A DNA stretch of 64,000 bases, from positions 5,350 to 69,349 of IMG/VR virus record IMGVR_UViG_3300031965_000003. One strand, 5' to 3'. This DNA comes from a virus. How positions within the stretch are numbered: position 1 is the first letter of the stretch; the number at the start of each line of letters is the position of its first letter. Positions 25,284 to 34,345 of the stretch are shown one piece after another. The translations under genes were made by a program, and so were the position numbers. The notes under the pieces were generated by a model that was not told where the DNA came from, searched no databases, and worked only from the letters and a program-made list of their open reading frames with translations.

Positions 25284-25311
25284 GTTCTCGGCCCGGTTAG
25301 CTCCGGGCGGG
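25284..25311. repeat. 28-bp direct repeat / leader hairpin, copy 3
   Basis: Identical to 24964-24991; contains perfect stem GCCCGG-N6-CCGGGC. Confidence 0.92.
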
Positions 25312-25497
25312 TTTGGTGTTTTTTGGGTCGATTTTTTTTAGCACATCACCGGTTAGGCCTTGCGCGTGGGCGGTGCGTAGGCAGTGCGCATGGATCGCCT
25401 CGGCAATAAACCGCTGGAGGGTTACCCCAGTGCGCGCGGAGAGAAACTTAGCCGCCGCGTGAGTTGCGTTATCCAAACCTGTAATCCGTAGTTCCAT
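25297..25497 (-). CDS. Ribbon-helix-helix (Arc/CopG-like) regulator, first early gene
   Basis: Alternating strand ELRITGLD, then helices NATHAAAKFLSARTG and VTLQRFIAEAI. Confidence 0.65.
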   Translation of the reverse strand: MELRITGLDNATHAAAKFLSARTGVTLQRFIAEAIHAHCLRTAHAQGLTGDVLKKIDPKNTKPARS

Positions 25498-25519
25498 TTT
25501 TTGCCCCCTCCCTATGTAT

Positions 25520-25552
25520 TGTGTAATTTAACACATTCCGCATATTTGTCAA
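25520..25552 (-). promoter_or_regulatory. Early sigma70-like promoter with overlapping inverted repeat
   Basis: TTGACA (25547-25552), 16-nt spacer, TGn-TAAATT (25525-25530); TGTGT-N6-ACACA brackets the -10; AT-rich upstream tract. Confidence 0.65.
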
Positions 25553-25991
25553 TAGGGGCTGAAAAATATTTTTTGCCAGTGGAAAATACCTTTACTTATT
25601 AAGTATTTATCAAGATTTTAATCGCTTAGACTGGGTAGATATCCGCTGACACTCTATATATAAGGATAAGGTTAGAGCCGGCGGAGGGTTGAAACCGCGG
25701 CGCCGCACGTCTGATCAAAACTGACGGGCAGTCGATTTATATCGATACGCAAGCCCCATAAATCGATATCCAAATGTGGCGGTCCGCGGTGTCTCATAGT
25801 CAGCAGAAATCGCGCCGGCTTGAAAACTTCGCGAGGATGAACGAGAGAAGCCGTCGTTGTCGTTGGTTGTTATGTTAAAGAAAATTATCAACCAGCGATC
25901 ATTTTTTCTCAAGCTAGTGTCTTAACTCGACTAGGCGATGTTAATGATACTTAATATCCACAACACCATGATCATTGGCGCCCCGTATGCG

Positions 25992-26171
25992 TCAGTTATT
26001 AAGACTTTGATGCAAAAACCTTCGATGCCCAACCTCTAACTGTAAGGTCACTGGACAGCACCAACAAGTTATGGTTGACACGGCATGCGCCTCTAAGCAT
26101 CCCTCATCAAATTCTAGCAACAACTCATCTTGCTGTGCCTTAAGTAACTTATCATAGGCATCATGAGCCAT
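25992..26171 (-). CDS. Hypothetical protein
   Basis: MAHDAYDKLL...; start trimmed to ATG 26171. Confidence 0.5.
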   Translation of the reverse strand: MAHDAYDKLLKAQQDELLLEFDEGCLEAHAVSTITCWCCPVTLQLEVGHRRFLHQSLNN

Positions 26172-26334
26172 GATTTCCTTCTTTCTTTTTAACGAGCATA
26201 TCAAGCTTGATCGCGGCAAGTTTAAGGGTAGTCTCAACGTCCCTGAGAGCTTGCAGTAGTATCTCGTTCTCACGCCGCAGCTTGTCTATATGATCAGCTG
26301 CTTGTGGACTCAATGACTGCCCTGGTTGCTCCAT
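26161..26334 (-). CDS. Small coiled-coil protein (57 aa)
   Basis: Manual translation MEQPGQSLSPQAADHIDKLRRENEILLQALRDVETTLKLAAIKLDMLVKKKEGNHGS. Confidence 0.5.
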   Translation of the reverse strand: MEQPGQSLSPQAADHIDKLRRENEILLQALRDVETTLKLAAIKLDMLVKKKEGNHGS

Positions 26335-26375
26335 GCTAGCCCCCTAAGGTATCAAGCCCGGCCGCCGTCCCAATA

Positions 26376-26597
26376 TCATAAAACAACTCTAACACACTCA
26401 CTCACTCTACTTGGTGCGGGTAAGTTTTCATGACCATCAGCAGCGCGCCTTGTTGCGTAACGCGATCCGTCGGGACGTGATAGATTTTCTTGGCTGTCAG
26501 CACGATATTGATCAAGCATGTTTGGCGCCCGCATCGAGGCGCAGCCCGTGATGGATAGTAACGAGGCTAAAAGCGCGGCGTATAAAATCGGCTTCAT
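26376..26597 (-). CDS. Putative lipoprotein
   Basis: MKPILYAALLASLLSITG|C lipobox. Confidence 0.6.
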   Translation of the reverse strand: MKPILYAALLASLLSITGCASMRAPNMLDQYRADSQENLSRPDGSRYATRRAADGHENLPAPSRVSECVRVVL

Positions 26598-26658
26598 TTT
26601 TAAAAGCCCTCCAGACAACGCACTCAGATTTTTCCGAGTGCGTTGGGTTGTAAGGCTC

Positions 26659-27240
26659 TTAGGAAGCCGGCTTTTCGACAGTCATTGCTTTGGCTACTCC
26701 CGCCGCTACGGCGCCAGCGATAGCATCCAAGAACACTGGTGTCTTGGCGACCAATTCGGCAACTTCGTCAACATTCCACTGACGATCGATTGCCAAGTCG
26801 GAATTCCGAACAGTCCGCGCAACTTCGCCTTCCTGGAATGCACGAATCCGTCCGTCGTGCGAGATCGCGAGATTATTCACACGTCCCTGCAAACTTACGG
26901 CTCCTTGCATCAACTGAACCGTCAACTGCCGCAAATTCTGATCATGGTCCTCACCGTTTCGTTCTCTACGCTGTACCATGTTCTGTGAGGCGGAATCACG
27001 ATTCAATTCCATTGCGACTAGCCGCTTCATGTTCAGCATGTAGGCTTCGGCTTGCCCGATGTCGCTGGTTACCTCCGCTCCCGAAGAGCGATAACCAGCG
27101 CCAACGTCCGTTTGCTGTCCGCCCTGAGAGGCCGACGTTGCCGTTGCTGCCTGAGCTGCATCCGCTGCTGCTCTAGCGCTAGCCGCAGCTTGTTCGGCTG
27201 CTATTCTAACGCTTTCTACATCTATTTCCGTTTGTGCCAT
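26659..27240 (-). CDS. Hypothetical helical late protein
   Basis: 193 aa, AGGAGG RBS, Ala/Gln-rich. Confidence 0.7.
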   Translation of the reverse strand: MAQTEIDVESVRIAAEQAAASARAAADAAQAATATSASQGGQQTDVGAGYRSSGAEVTSDIGQAEAYMLNMKRLVAMELNRDSASQNMVQRRERNGEDHDQNLRQLTVQLMQGAVSLQGRVNNLAISHDGRIRAFQEGEVARTVRNSDLAIDRQWNVDEVAELVAKTPVFLDAIAGAVAAGVAKAMTVEKPAS

Positions 27241-28097
27241 AATGTTTCCCTCCTTTCTCCCGGATCTCCGGGCAAATTATTCTCAACCGCGATAATCGTA
27301 TTGAGTAAGTGCGAAAACGCTGAGCCGTTTGTGATCTCATGTTCCCATACTACTAATACTTTCCATCCGAGTTTTTTAGCGCGAAGCTCGACTATTTCAA
27401 ATTCGCTGTCGAATTTAGTATGTCTCCCGCTAGGAAAACATTGCGGACATGCGTGCCAATAACATCCGTTCCCTTCGATAATTAGTTTTAGATACGGGAT
27501 GGCGATGTCGAATTGATGATATGGATGCAAGGCGGGAACAACTAAATGCTTTTCGTATGAGATGCCGTGCCTAGCAAGAAACTTCTGCAAAGGAATTTCA
27601 ACGGACTTGCTATCCTTTATCGGCATCACCATTTTAGCTCGCGCAGCTTTCAACGCTAAACGATGTGCTTGCGTTCTAGGTGGTTTTTTAATTCCCTTTT
27701 TAGATTCGCTATTTCTTCGTCGTTCTTCTTCAGTCATCGGGCGCCTACGAATTCCCCTTTGAACGAGACTAATCTTTTTAACCCACTCTTCTCCATGCGG
27801 CTTACCGCGATGATTATGGCCGTGAATAAATCTTCCGCCTAACTCTGGACGGGCAGGGTGAATTACTTGACCACAACCGCAAGCACACAATGGTAATATT
27901 GTTGGTAGAGGATGTTTACGCCTGCGCGCCCTGGCTTCTTCGCTTAATGGACCTCTTGGAATACCTTTCTGCGCCAAGCTAACTTTTCTAGTCCATTCTT
28001 CGCTATGAGGTTTACCACGCCCATTATGGCCGTGGATGTATGTTCGCAGCGTAGCCCCGCCACAGCCACAAGCGCATAGATTAGACATTTGATTCAA
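27222..28097 (-). CDS. NUMOD3-repeat + Vsr/DUF559-type putative homing endonuclease
   Basis: Two CACGCG...IHGHN.RGKPH.EEW..K.SL repeats; C-terminal SVE...FDIAI...IIEGNGCYWH...GWKVLVVWEHEI. Confidence 0.8.
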   Translation of the reverse strand: MNQMSNLCACGCGGATLRTYIHGHNGRGKPHSEEWTRKVSLAQKGIPRGPLSEEARARRRKHPLPTILPLCACGCGQVIHPARPELGGRFIHGHNHRGKPHGEEWVKKISLVQRGIRRRPMTEEERRRNSESKKGIKKPPRTQAHRLALKAARAKMVMPIKDSKSVEIPLQKFLARHGISYEKHLVVPALHPYHQFDIAIPYLKLIIEGNGCYWHACPQCFPSGRHTKFDSEFEIVELRAKKLGWKVLVVWEHEITNGSAFSHLLNTIIAVENNLPGDPGERRETLWHKRK

Positions 28098-28214
28098 CGT
28101 CCCAGCCTCCGCTTAATTTTAACCTCACCATGAAAGATCAGGGTTGCCGCCAACCAAACTTTTTAGCGTATTGATCTTCAAATTCTGCACTAGCCATTAG
28201 ATCACCTCCTTTCT

Positions 28215-28406
28215 CTACGGTTCTGTAGTCGGTAGCTCAACTGCCTTTACCTGCGCCACAACGGCTTGCAGGTCAGCACTTATCTGATCAAGTTTTGCCT
28301 TGGTCTCAGCAGGCGTGGCGTCATCATTACGCACGGCGTCGATGATTTGCCACACTGTCTGCACCAACCCCGGCAGCATCGGAATAAGAGTCAATGCCAA
28401 CGGCAT
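28215..28406 (-). CDS. Hypothetical late protein
   Basis: 63-aa ORF with GGAG RBS. Confidence 0.6.
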   Translation of the reverse strand: MPLALTLIPMLPGLVQTVWQIIDAVRNDDATPAETKAKLDQISADLQAVVAQVKAVELPTTEP

Positions 28407-28408
28407 GA

Positions 28409-28774
28409 TTATTTACCTCCTTCTCCGTAAGTTTTAATTACAGCCACCGCAAAAGCGCTTAGATCGGCAGCTAGTTGCACGACCAGCTTGTCTAACTGTT
28501 CTTGGGCCGCAGCGTCATTAGCCGTTCGCGCTGCCTCCCAGAGCTGAATCGTCAACGGGTAGGCCTTTTGAAATTCCTTCCCAAAGGCAGTAAACTTTGC
28601 GCACTGGGAAGGCGGAATCGTCTTTGTTAGGTCACAGCCTTCCTTATATACCCTCGCCACCACGACGAACTCGTTGCCGACGCCTTTGAGCGACTCACCA
28701 GTCACAACCAGGCTCGTTGTGGCCGCGCAGCTGGTTATTAAAAATGCCAACAAGATTAATTTTAAATGCTTCAT
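28409..28774 (-). CDS. Putative lipoprotein (spanin-like candidate)
   Basis: MKHLKLILLAFLITS|C lipobox. Confidence 0.6.
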   Translation of the reverse strand: MKHLKLILLAFLITSCAATTSLVVTGESLKGVGNEFVVVARVYKEGCDLTKTIPPSQCAKFTAFGKEFQKAYPLTIQLWEAARTANDAAAQEQLDKLVVQLAADLSAFAVAVIKTYGEGGK

Positions 28775-28791
28775 CTACACACCCTCCTTCG

Positions 28792-29214
28792 CTATTTGTA
28801 TTCCTGTAAGTGCGGCCGCCGTTCTATCTCAATGCGCTTTAGCACCCGCACGGCTTCGTCACGCTGCTTGAACCAATAATCGAGCTCCCGTTGATCCTCG
28901 ACACTCCATTTCGGATCGATCTTCTTTTTGACGCTCAAGCGTTCAATCCTGCTTTGGATGTCTCGTAGATCATTGGACAGCCTATCGGCTTGCCACCCGG
29001 CTACCACTACCTCTGTGATCCTTGAGGCATAAGGCCACTCACCAAACGTCTCTCTGACTGAGGTGCTGGTAAACGCCAGCCCAGCATACAGCATGGCCAC
29101 GGCAGCCCCAACTGAGGCCACCGTAGTGGCTACCTTCTGGACCGTTGTCATGTCTGCTAAATATGAGAACAGCCCTTTTGATGCCTGAGTCTTTGTTGCC
29201 TTCTTTTTTGCCAC
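28792..29214 (-). CDS. Membrane-anchored coiled-coil protein (i-spanin/holin candidate)
   Basis: N-terminal TM helix followed by a coiled coil. Confidence 0.5.
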   Translation of the reverse strand: MAKKKATKTQASKGLFSYLADMTTVQKVATTVASVGAAVAMLYAGLAFTSTSVRETFGEWPYASRITEVVVAGWQADRLSNDLRDIQSRIERLSVKKKIDPKWSVEDQRELDYWFKQRDEAVRVLKRIEIERRPHLQEYK

Positions 29215-29217
29215 GGC

Positions 29218-29388
29218 TCAAGCCTGCTTGTTCGGCACCGTGTAGACGCCAATCGCCGTGATGACCATGATGATTACGTCAGCCAACTTATCCTCAAACC
29301 CATCGCTGAGACTGATGCCAAAGAATTGTTTTAACCCTAAGACCAACAGCCCAATGATGCTCGTTACGAACTTTGCATAAGTACCCAT
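29218..29388 (-). CDS. Putative two-TM holin (56 aa)
   Basis: Manual translation MGTYAKFVTSIIGLLVLGLKQFFGISLSDGFEDKLADVIIMVITAIGVYTVPNKQA; GGAGG RBS. Confidence 0.6.
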   Translation of the reverse strand: MGTYAKFVTSIIGLLVLGLKQFFGISLSDGFEDKLADVIIMVITAIGVYTVPNKQA

Positions 29389-29397
29389 GAGTGCCTC

Positions 29398-29577
29398 CTA
29401 TGTTAGGTTTCTAATCGCCTGTTTGATAGCCGCTAACGCTTGAGCCCTTGTTATGTCGGGCAGCCCGTGCAGCGCTCTCAGCACGTTTAACTGCTGCACG
29501 ACCACGGTTAACATCGCGCGCACAAACTTTGACGCGTCGATGTTTTTCTCTTGTTCCCTGTAATCCAGTCTAACCAT
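29398..29577 (-). CDS. Hypothetical protein (59 aa)
   Basis: Manual translation MVRLDYREQEKNIDASKFVRAML... Confidence 0.5.
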   Translation of the reverse strand: MVRLDYREQEKNIDASKFVRAMLTVVVQQLNVLRALHGLPDITRAQALAAIKQAIRNLT

Positions 29578-29579
29578 AG

Positions 29580-29993
29580 TTATACCGCCGATACCTCTAT
29601 CTCGTCAGAAACATGATACGCGTCAACCAGCCTAACTACGAATACCGCAGGCGTGTCAGCCGTGATGGTGATCGTGGGATCGGACACCGTGATCGAAGTC
29701 AAGACCCCGTTGACCCTAGGGCTGGCATCGTCGATCAAGCCTGCAAACGTGAGCACGCACTCGTCCACACCATCAGCGTCAAATGGCGTCTTGCTCGGTG
29801 TGACCGTCACGGTTGTTTTATTGACCAGCGCCCCAGCCGACACCCGTTTATACGTCTCCGGGTCGCTCTCAAACTCAGCCTGAGTCAATTCTAATCGAGA
29901 CGGATAGTTAACCACTTGATCATCATCGGCTAAAAACACGCGTCCAAGGATCTCACCCGTAGACGAATCATAGACAGCCAACCGTTTACTCAC
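29580..29993 (-). CDS. Tail-associated hypothetical protein
   Basis: Follows the tail tip gene; Ig-like beta content. Confidence 0.6.
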   Translation of the reverse strand: MSKRLAVYDSSTGEILGRVFLADDDQVVNYPSRLELTQAEFESDPETYKRVSAGALVNKTTVTVTPSKTPFDADGVDECVLTFAGLIDDASPRVNGVLTSITVSDPTITITADTPAVFVVRLVDAYHVSDEIEVSAV

Positions 29994-32900
29994 CGTTTCA
30001 ACTCCACGGCCTGAAGCCGTCTATACCTGGCAACACCATTATCGTTTTGATCCCAACCGCCGCGGTAAGCATAGGTACCAGCAGCAGGCGTGTCGATATA
30101 CGCACAAGCAACGACACTTCTTGGAGTAGACGATGCGGTGTCTCGATACACCGTTGTGTCAAGAACGGTCCCTGTGGATAAAGCCCCGCGGTATAGCGTT
30201 AAGGTGCCGTTACCGTTATTCTCCAACGTGCCTTCTATCTTTAGGATCAAAAAAACTGGACCGCCAACAGTGGTGATTGAGATTGAGGCCACTTCTATCT
30301 CCTCGCCACCAACGGCCGACGTATCATTGCTGTTGGTGTAAAATTGATTTTGAGTTATAGCATTAGTGCCAATCCCAACCGTTGTAGTCCCCGAATCGAA
30401 ATTGTGCATTATTTGACCGGCAGCATTGTAGACCTGCAATCCGTAGTCGGTAGACGCGCCTGATATACGACCTAAGATGACACGTGTAGTGCCGTTGCCG
30501 TCGATCACATAAAGCCTGCTGTTTAGGCCGTCGATCACTACGTTGCCAGAGGTGATCGACAACGCGGCAGAAATCGTACCAGCGGTGAGTTTGTCAGCCG
30601 ACAAGCTGGCTATGTGAGCGTTGGTGATGATGGCGTTGGCTATCTGAGCTGCTACACTGATCACGGCGGTGTCGGTGCGTAAATGGCTGGAATCAATCAC
30701 GGCAGCAGCTATCTTGGCAGCCGTCACAGCTCCGGCATTCAGCTTGGCTGTGGTGATGGCATTGGCCGCTATCGTGTTAGCGGTGACGGCATTGGCTTGG
30801 ATGACCGACTCATTGAGACCAAACACGCCTATCACGGGAATCACCAAGGCGTATTGGTCAGCATCTGCTATGTTTTTTCCCACGCCTACCAGGATCTTAG
30901 TTTCTCCTACGGTGCTGCTGTAGGTGGTAGTCGTTTGCAGCACGGTGGAAGATACCGCGGTGTTCAGGTACACGTAAGTCAGCGCCGTCATGCTGCCTGT
31001 GTCTCCTGCGTCAATGGCATAGGTGGTGCCGTCGGCCAACGCGATGGTACCCGATGACCATGCCATCGTCTCGTTATCCGATGCCGTGAAGGAGATGTCA
31101 GTAGCAAACCGTTGGGCCTGCTCGGTGAGCTTAGCCGATGCGATGGCTCCGTCGTCGATGTCATCGGTAGCGATACGCAGCGTTGTGCCTGGATTACCGG
31201 CAAACTGCGTAGCGTGAAAGCCGCTGGTGTTACCTGACTTATCGCGAGATTTTAACCAATAATAGTATATGGTGTCATTAGCCAGCTTGTCATCTACCCA
31301 GCTGATGCCGCGCGTCTCTCCAAGTTTGGTCGCACCTGAAGAGTCATTAGACGTGCTGCGCCATACCTCAATAACGTCTAGGTCTGGATCAGTAGGTATC
31401 GTCCATCGGATCAGGTTGAGTTGGATGCCGGGCGTTATCGTAACGCTCGTAGGTGCGTCAGGAGCCACTAAGTCTCCGTCCATCGTAATGGCCAACAGCG
31501 ACCATCGACCCACGTAGTTGCGCAACCCTCGATCATTAAAAGGCGTGATCCTAAACACGTATGCAGTATTGTATTGAGCGGGGATAATCGCCCGCGTACC
31601 GTAGAACGGTCCCTGGTCAGTCCAACCAGAATCGGTGCTGGTCCTCCAATCTACGTCGAACCCGTGCAACACACCTGCCTGAGCGATCAACGTATAAGGA
31701 TCGCCGCTCGCCGGCGGTGACGCGAAGGCAGGTGCCACTGATGCAACTCGGGTCATGTAATTCCAATTCGTGATCTTGGTGGTCACGCCGGAAGACACGC
31801 CGCTGTTAAACTGGAGGTACATACCCACTAGCGCGTCATCAACAGGAGTGTGCGAGGTCGCGAGCGTTACTGCGTTGACAGCGCCAGTTGCCGTGGTGGC
31901 CCCGCCAAACAACGGCGGGTGCGGTGTCACGTCTATGAGGACATAGTTCTGATAGTTGCCATCTTTGGTCTCCCACTGCTCCTCGTGTACGTTGATTGAG
32001 TAAGGCTGTGGTGGCGGGCTATTTAAAAATTGCTCTGGCGAAACGATTGTGTTGCCAATGACTACCGTGCGGTCATTACGTCTAACTCGGTCAGGGATAC
32101 TGGGGTCCTGGGAGATGTACTCTTCACCCACGAACTCATAGACTCCTTGCTCATCACGTTTAACGCTCTTAACTCTTACCAGCACCAGGTCTTCTGAGGT
32201 GACGCCTATCGCCCAACGGTCGCCAGGAACACAAGCATACTGGAATGCAGAAGCAGGGCTGGCTACGGCTGTGACTATAGCTTGGTTCCCAATACCTGGC
32301 GTAGTTGCCAAGGTGCGGCTCTCTGGGGTGTCGGCTGCCGTGTGCCACACGTACATGTCATAAGTTTTATCACCGTGAATGGTCACCTCACGGTCAAGCA
32401 CTATGTGATTGGCAGAGCCGTCTAATACCCGCCCACCGTAACCAAACTCGTAATCGGTAGTGATGATCCCCACGCGGGCCTTGTCACCCAACTCAACCGC
32501 AACGCCTTCTAAACCCGTCGCCCACGTTACCTCTCTCAAGGTCTGGCGGCGGCGATCGAGTTGCCACTTGGCCTCTCGTATCGCCTCTGACTCTCGGCTG
32601 ATGCCCCATAAGGCGATGTCGATGTCTTTGATCGGGTCGTTGTTGCCATACACCGACGCAGAGTTTTGAACGTACAGCACGTCCCGCTCGTACTTTAACT
32701 CAGCATTGGAGAACGATACGTTGGCTTGATTAGGTCTCAATGGATCGGCAGGAGCGATCCTGACCTGCGTGCGCGACGGGATGGTGTTGCCGGCGTGAAA
32801 TACCTGCCGCAAGGGCAAGTCGTCACGATCACTGATGATCTTATACTGTTGCTGAGAGTAGATGAGAGCGCTGCGGTAATTACCTAGGATCTGATCTATC

Positions 32901-34345
32901 CACTCCCTGTGCGGCTTTTTTTGATCCATGACTAAATCAAGCCGGTGCTGTTTCTCCGTACCGCCCAACCCGTCTGGCACCAAAGTGTCGCACAGCGTGG
33001 CAAAATCGATAAACGACTGAATGTTGATCTGATTTATGTCAACAAACGCCCCCATCCCATAGCGTGAGTTAGTCATGTAGTCCAACACGCACCACGCCGG
33101 GTTGGCAGTCCAGCTGGTGACATAGGCGGTCGGCGTTTGATAGGCTCGCAATTCGTTGCGGCCTCTGAGCATCGCGCTGATCTGTGGGAGGCCACCGTTG
33201 AGCTGCGACGTGGCGATTGCCTTAACCGCCGAAACTGCGGTATGGCTAAACGTGGGTGTAGTCTCAGTGATCTCTGTAACGTTTTGAAGCCAGAGCTTCC
33301 ACTTATCCCAGTCCTCGCGTTGACTGGTGGCCGACTGCCACGTGAGCTTCACATCCCACTCAGACCGTGAGCCAAAGTCGATCTCTATCGCGTCCCAGTG
33401 CGCTCCCAAGGCGTCTCCAGTCCAATACACGTCGGCTATCTGCGCGTAGCCAGTTGTGTTAACGTGCTTATAATCGACGGTGTAACGCACCGTTTGCGTG
33501 AGACGACGGTCTGGATGCTTGCCCTCGCCGCTCAGTCTCACCAACCCTTCAAGAGCAGCTATCTGTAGCTGGACTTGATCAATCTCAACCCCCTGGGTAC
33601 GATAGACTATGGGCGCGTCGGTAAACTCCCTGCCATCTCTAAATGTATTGCGGATCTGATCAAATCCAACGAATGAGCTTTGAATCGGAGAGCCAACCTG
33701 CGTCTCAAGACTCACGTCCGGCAGCTCTGTCAAGGCGACACCATTGACCTCTAAGCAGCTCACCTCTGTCACCGGCCCCTCGCCCCAGCCAACCAGCATG
33801 TTCAGCTGCTGCTTGCGATTGAGCCCCCCACTGCGATAGAGCGTTAGAGGAGAGGTTATAGGCAAGTGGCCCATCTCTGCAATGTCGATAGTGGCCATGA
33901 GCATCTGGCCGCCTGTACGGTGCTCGCCGTAGGTAATAGGCACCACGCCGCCAGCTTGATACCGCGTGTTGATGCCCTCCCAGCTGTACTGTGTCGGACG
34001 ATCGTATCCAGATGTGCTCTTTGGTGTTTTAGGCTTATTAAATAATCCGATGAAAAATTGAACGGTTGACAAGATAGCTGAAATAATGGAGACTATCGTG
34101 CTTATTACGCTAAAGATCTCTTTAGGGGTGATGTCGATGATCAACGTGTCATTAGCGGTAAGGGACACATTGCGCCAATTGTCAATCCGTACCCCGTTGA
34201 CTCTGACCTGAGAGACACAAGCGGCGACCTGCCTCAGCATGTCGTCGCTAGCGAAGATGTCACCCAGGCTGGTGTCTGGTGGTGGTGGCACCAAGCTAGA
34301 GTACACGTGCTCGTTGCCGATGATGTCGTGCAGCTCAATGCGCAT
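29990..34345 (-). CDS. Tail tip / host-specificity protein (lambda I+J-like)
   Basis: N-terminal ubiquitin-like part, VVPITYGEHRTGGQ, WTANPAWCVLDYMTNSRYGMG, FN3 APDAPTSVT; start trimmed to ATG 34345. Confidence 0.9.
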   Translation of the reverse strand: MRIELHDIIGNEHVYSSLVPPPPDTSLGDIFASDDMLRQVAACVSQVRVNGVRIDNWRNVSLTANDTLIIDITPKEIFSVISTIVSIISAILSTVQFFIGLFNKPKTPKSTSGYDRPTQYSWEGINTRYQAGGVVPITYGEHRTGGQMLMATIDIAEMGHLPITSPLTLYRSGGLNRKQQLNMLVGWGEGPVTEVSCLEVNGVALTELPDVSLETQVGSPIQSSFVGFDQIRNTFRDGREFTDAPIVYRTQGVEIDQVQLQIAALEGLVRLSGEGKHPDRRLTQTVRYTVDYKHVNTTGYAQIADVYWTGDALGAHWDAIEIDFGSRSEWDVKLTWQSATSQREDWDKWKLWLQNVTEITETTPTFSHTAVSAVKAIATSQLNGGLPQISAMLRGRNELRAYQTPTAYVTSWTANPAWCVLDYMTNSRYGMGAFVDINQINIQSFIDFATLCDTLVPDGLGGTEKQHRLDLVMDQKKPHREWIDQILGNYRSALIYSQQQYKIISDRDDLPLRQVFHAGNTIPSRTQVRIAPADPLRPNQANVSFSNAELKYERDVLYVQNSASVYGNNDPIKDIDIALWGISRESEAIREAKWQLDRRRQTLREVTWATGLEGVAVELGDKARVGIITTDYEFGYGGRVLDGSANHIVLDREVTIHGDKTYDMYVWHTAADTPESRTLATTPGIGNQAIVTAVASPASAFQYACVPGDRWAIGVTSEDLVLVRVKSVKRDEQGVYEFVGEEYISQDPSIPDRVRRNDRTVVIGNTIVSPEQFLNSPPPQPYSINVHEEQWETKDGNYQNYVLIDVTPHPPLFGGATTATGAVNAVTLATSHTPVDDALVGMYLQFNSGVSSGVTTKITNWNYMTRVASVAPAFASPPASGDPYTLIAQAGVLHGFDVDWRTSTDSGWTDQGPFYGTRAIIPAQYNTAYVFRITPFNDRGLRNYVGRWSLLAITMDGDLVAPDAPTSVTITPGIQLNLIRWTIPTDPDLDVIEVWRSTSNDSSGATKLGETRGISWVDDKLANDTIYYYWLKSRDKSGNTSGFHATQFAGNPGTTLRIATDDIDDGAIASAKLTEQAQRFATDISFTASDNETMAWSSGTIALADGTTYAIDAGDTGSMTALTYVYLNTAVSSTVLQTTTTYSSTVGETKILVGVGKNIADADQYALVIPVIGVFGLNESVIQANAVTANTIAANAITTAKLNAGAVTAAKIAAAVIDSSHLRTDTAVISVAAQIANAIITNAHIASLSADKLTAGTISAALSITSGNVVIDGLNSRLYVIDGNGTTRVILGRISGASTDYGLQVYNAAGQIMHNFDSGTTTVGIGTNAITQNQFYTNSNDTSAVGGEEIEVASISITTVGGPVFLILKIEGTLENNGNGTLTLYRGALSTGTVLDTTVYRDTASSTPRSVVACAYIDTPAAGTYAYRGGWDQNDNGVARYRRLQAVELKR

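Noticed and set aside
29990-34345. Diversity-generating retroelement targeting the tail tip
   Set aside because: No reverse transcriptase and no A-specific template/variable repeat pair were seen in the window.
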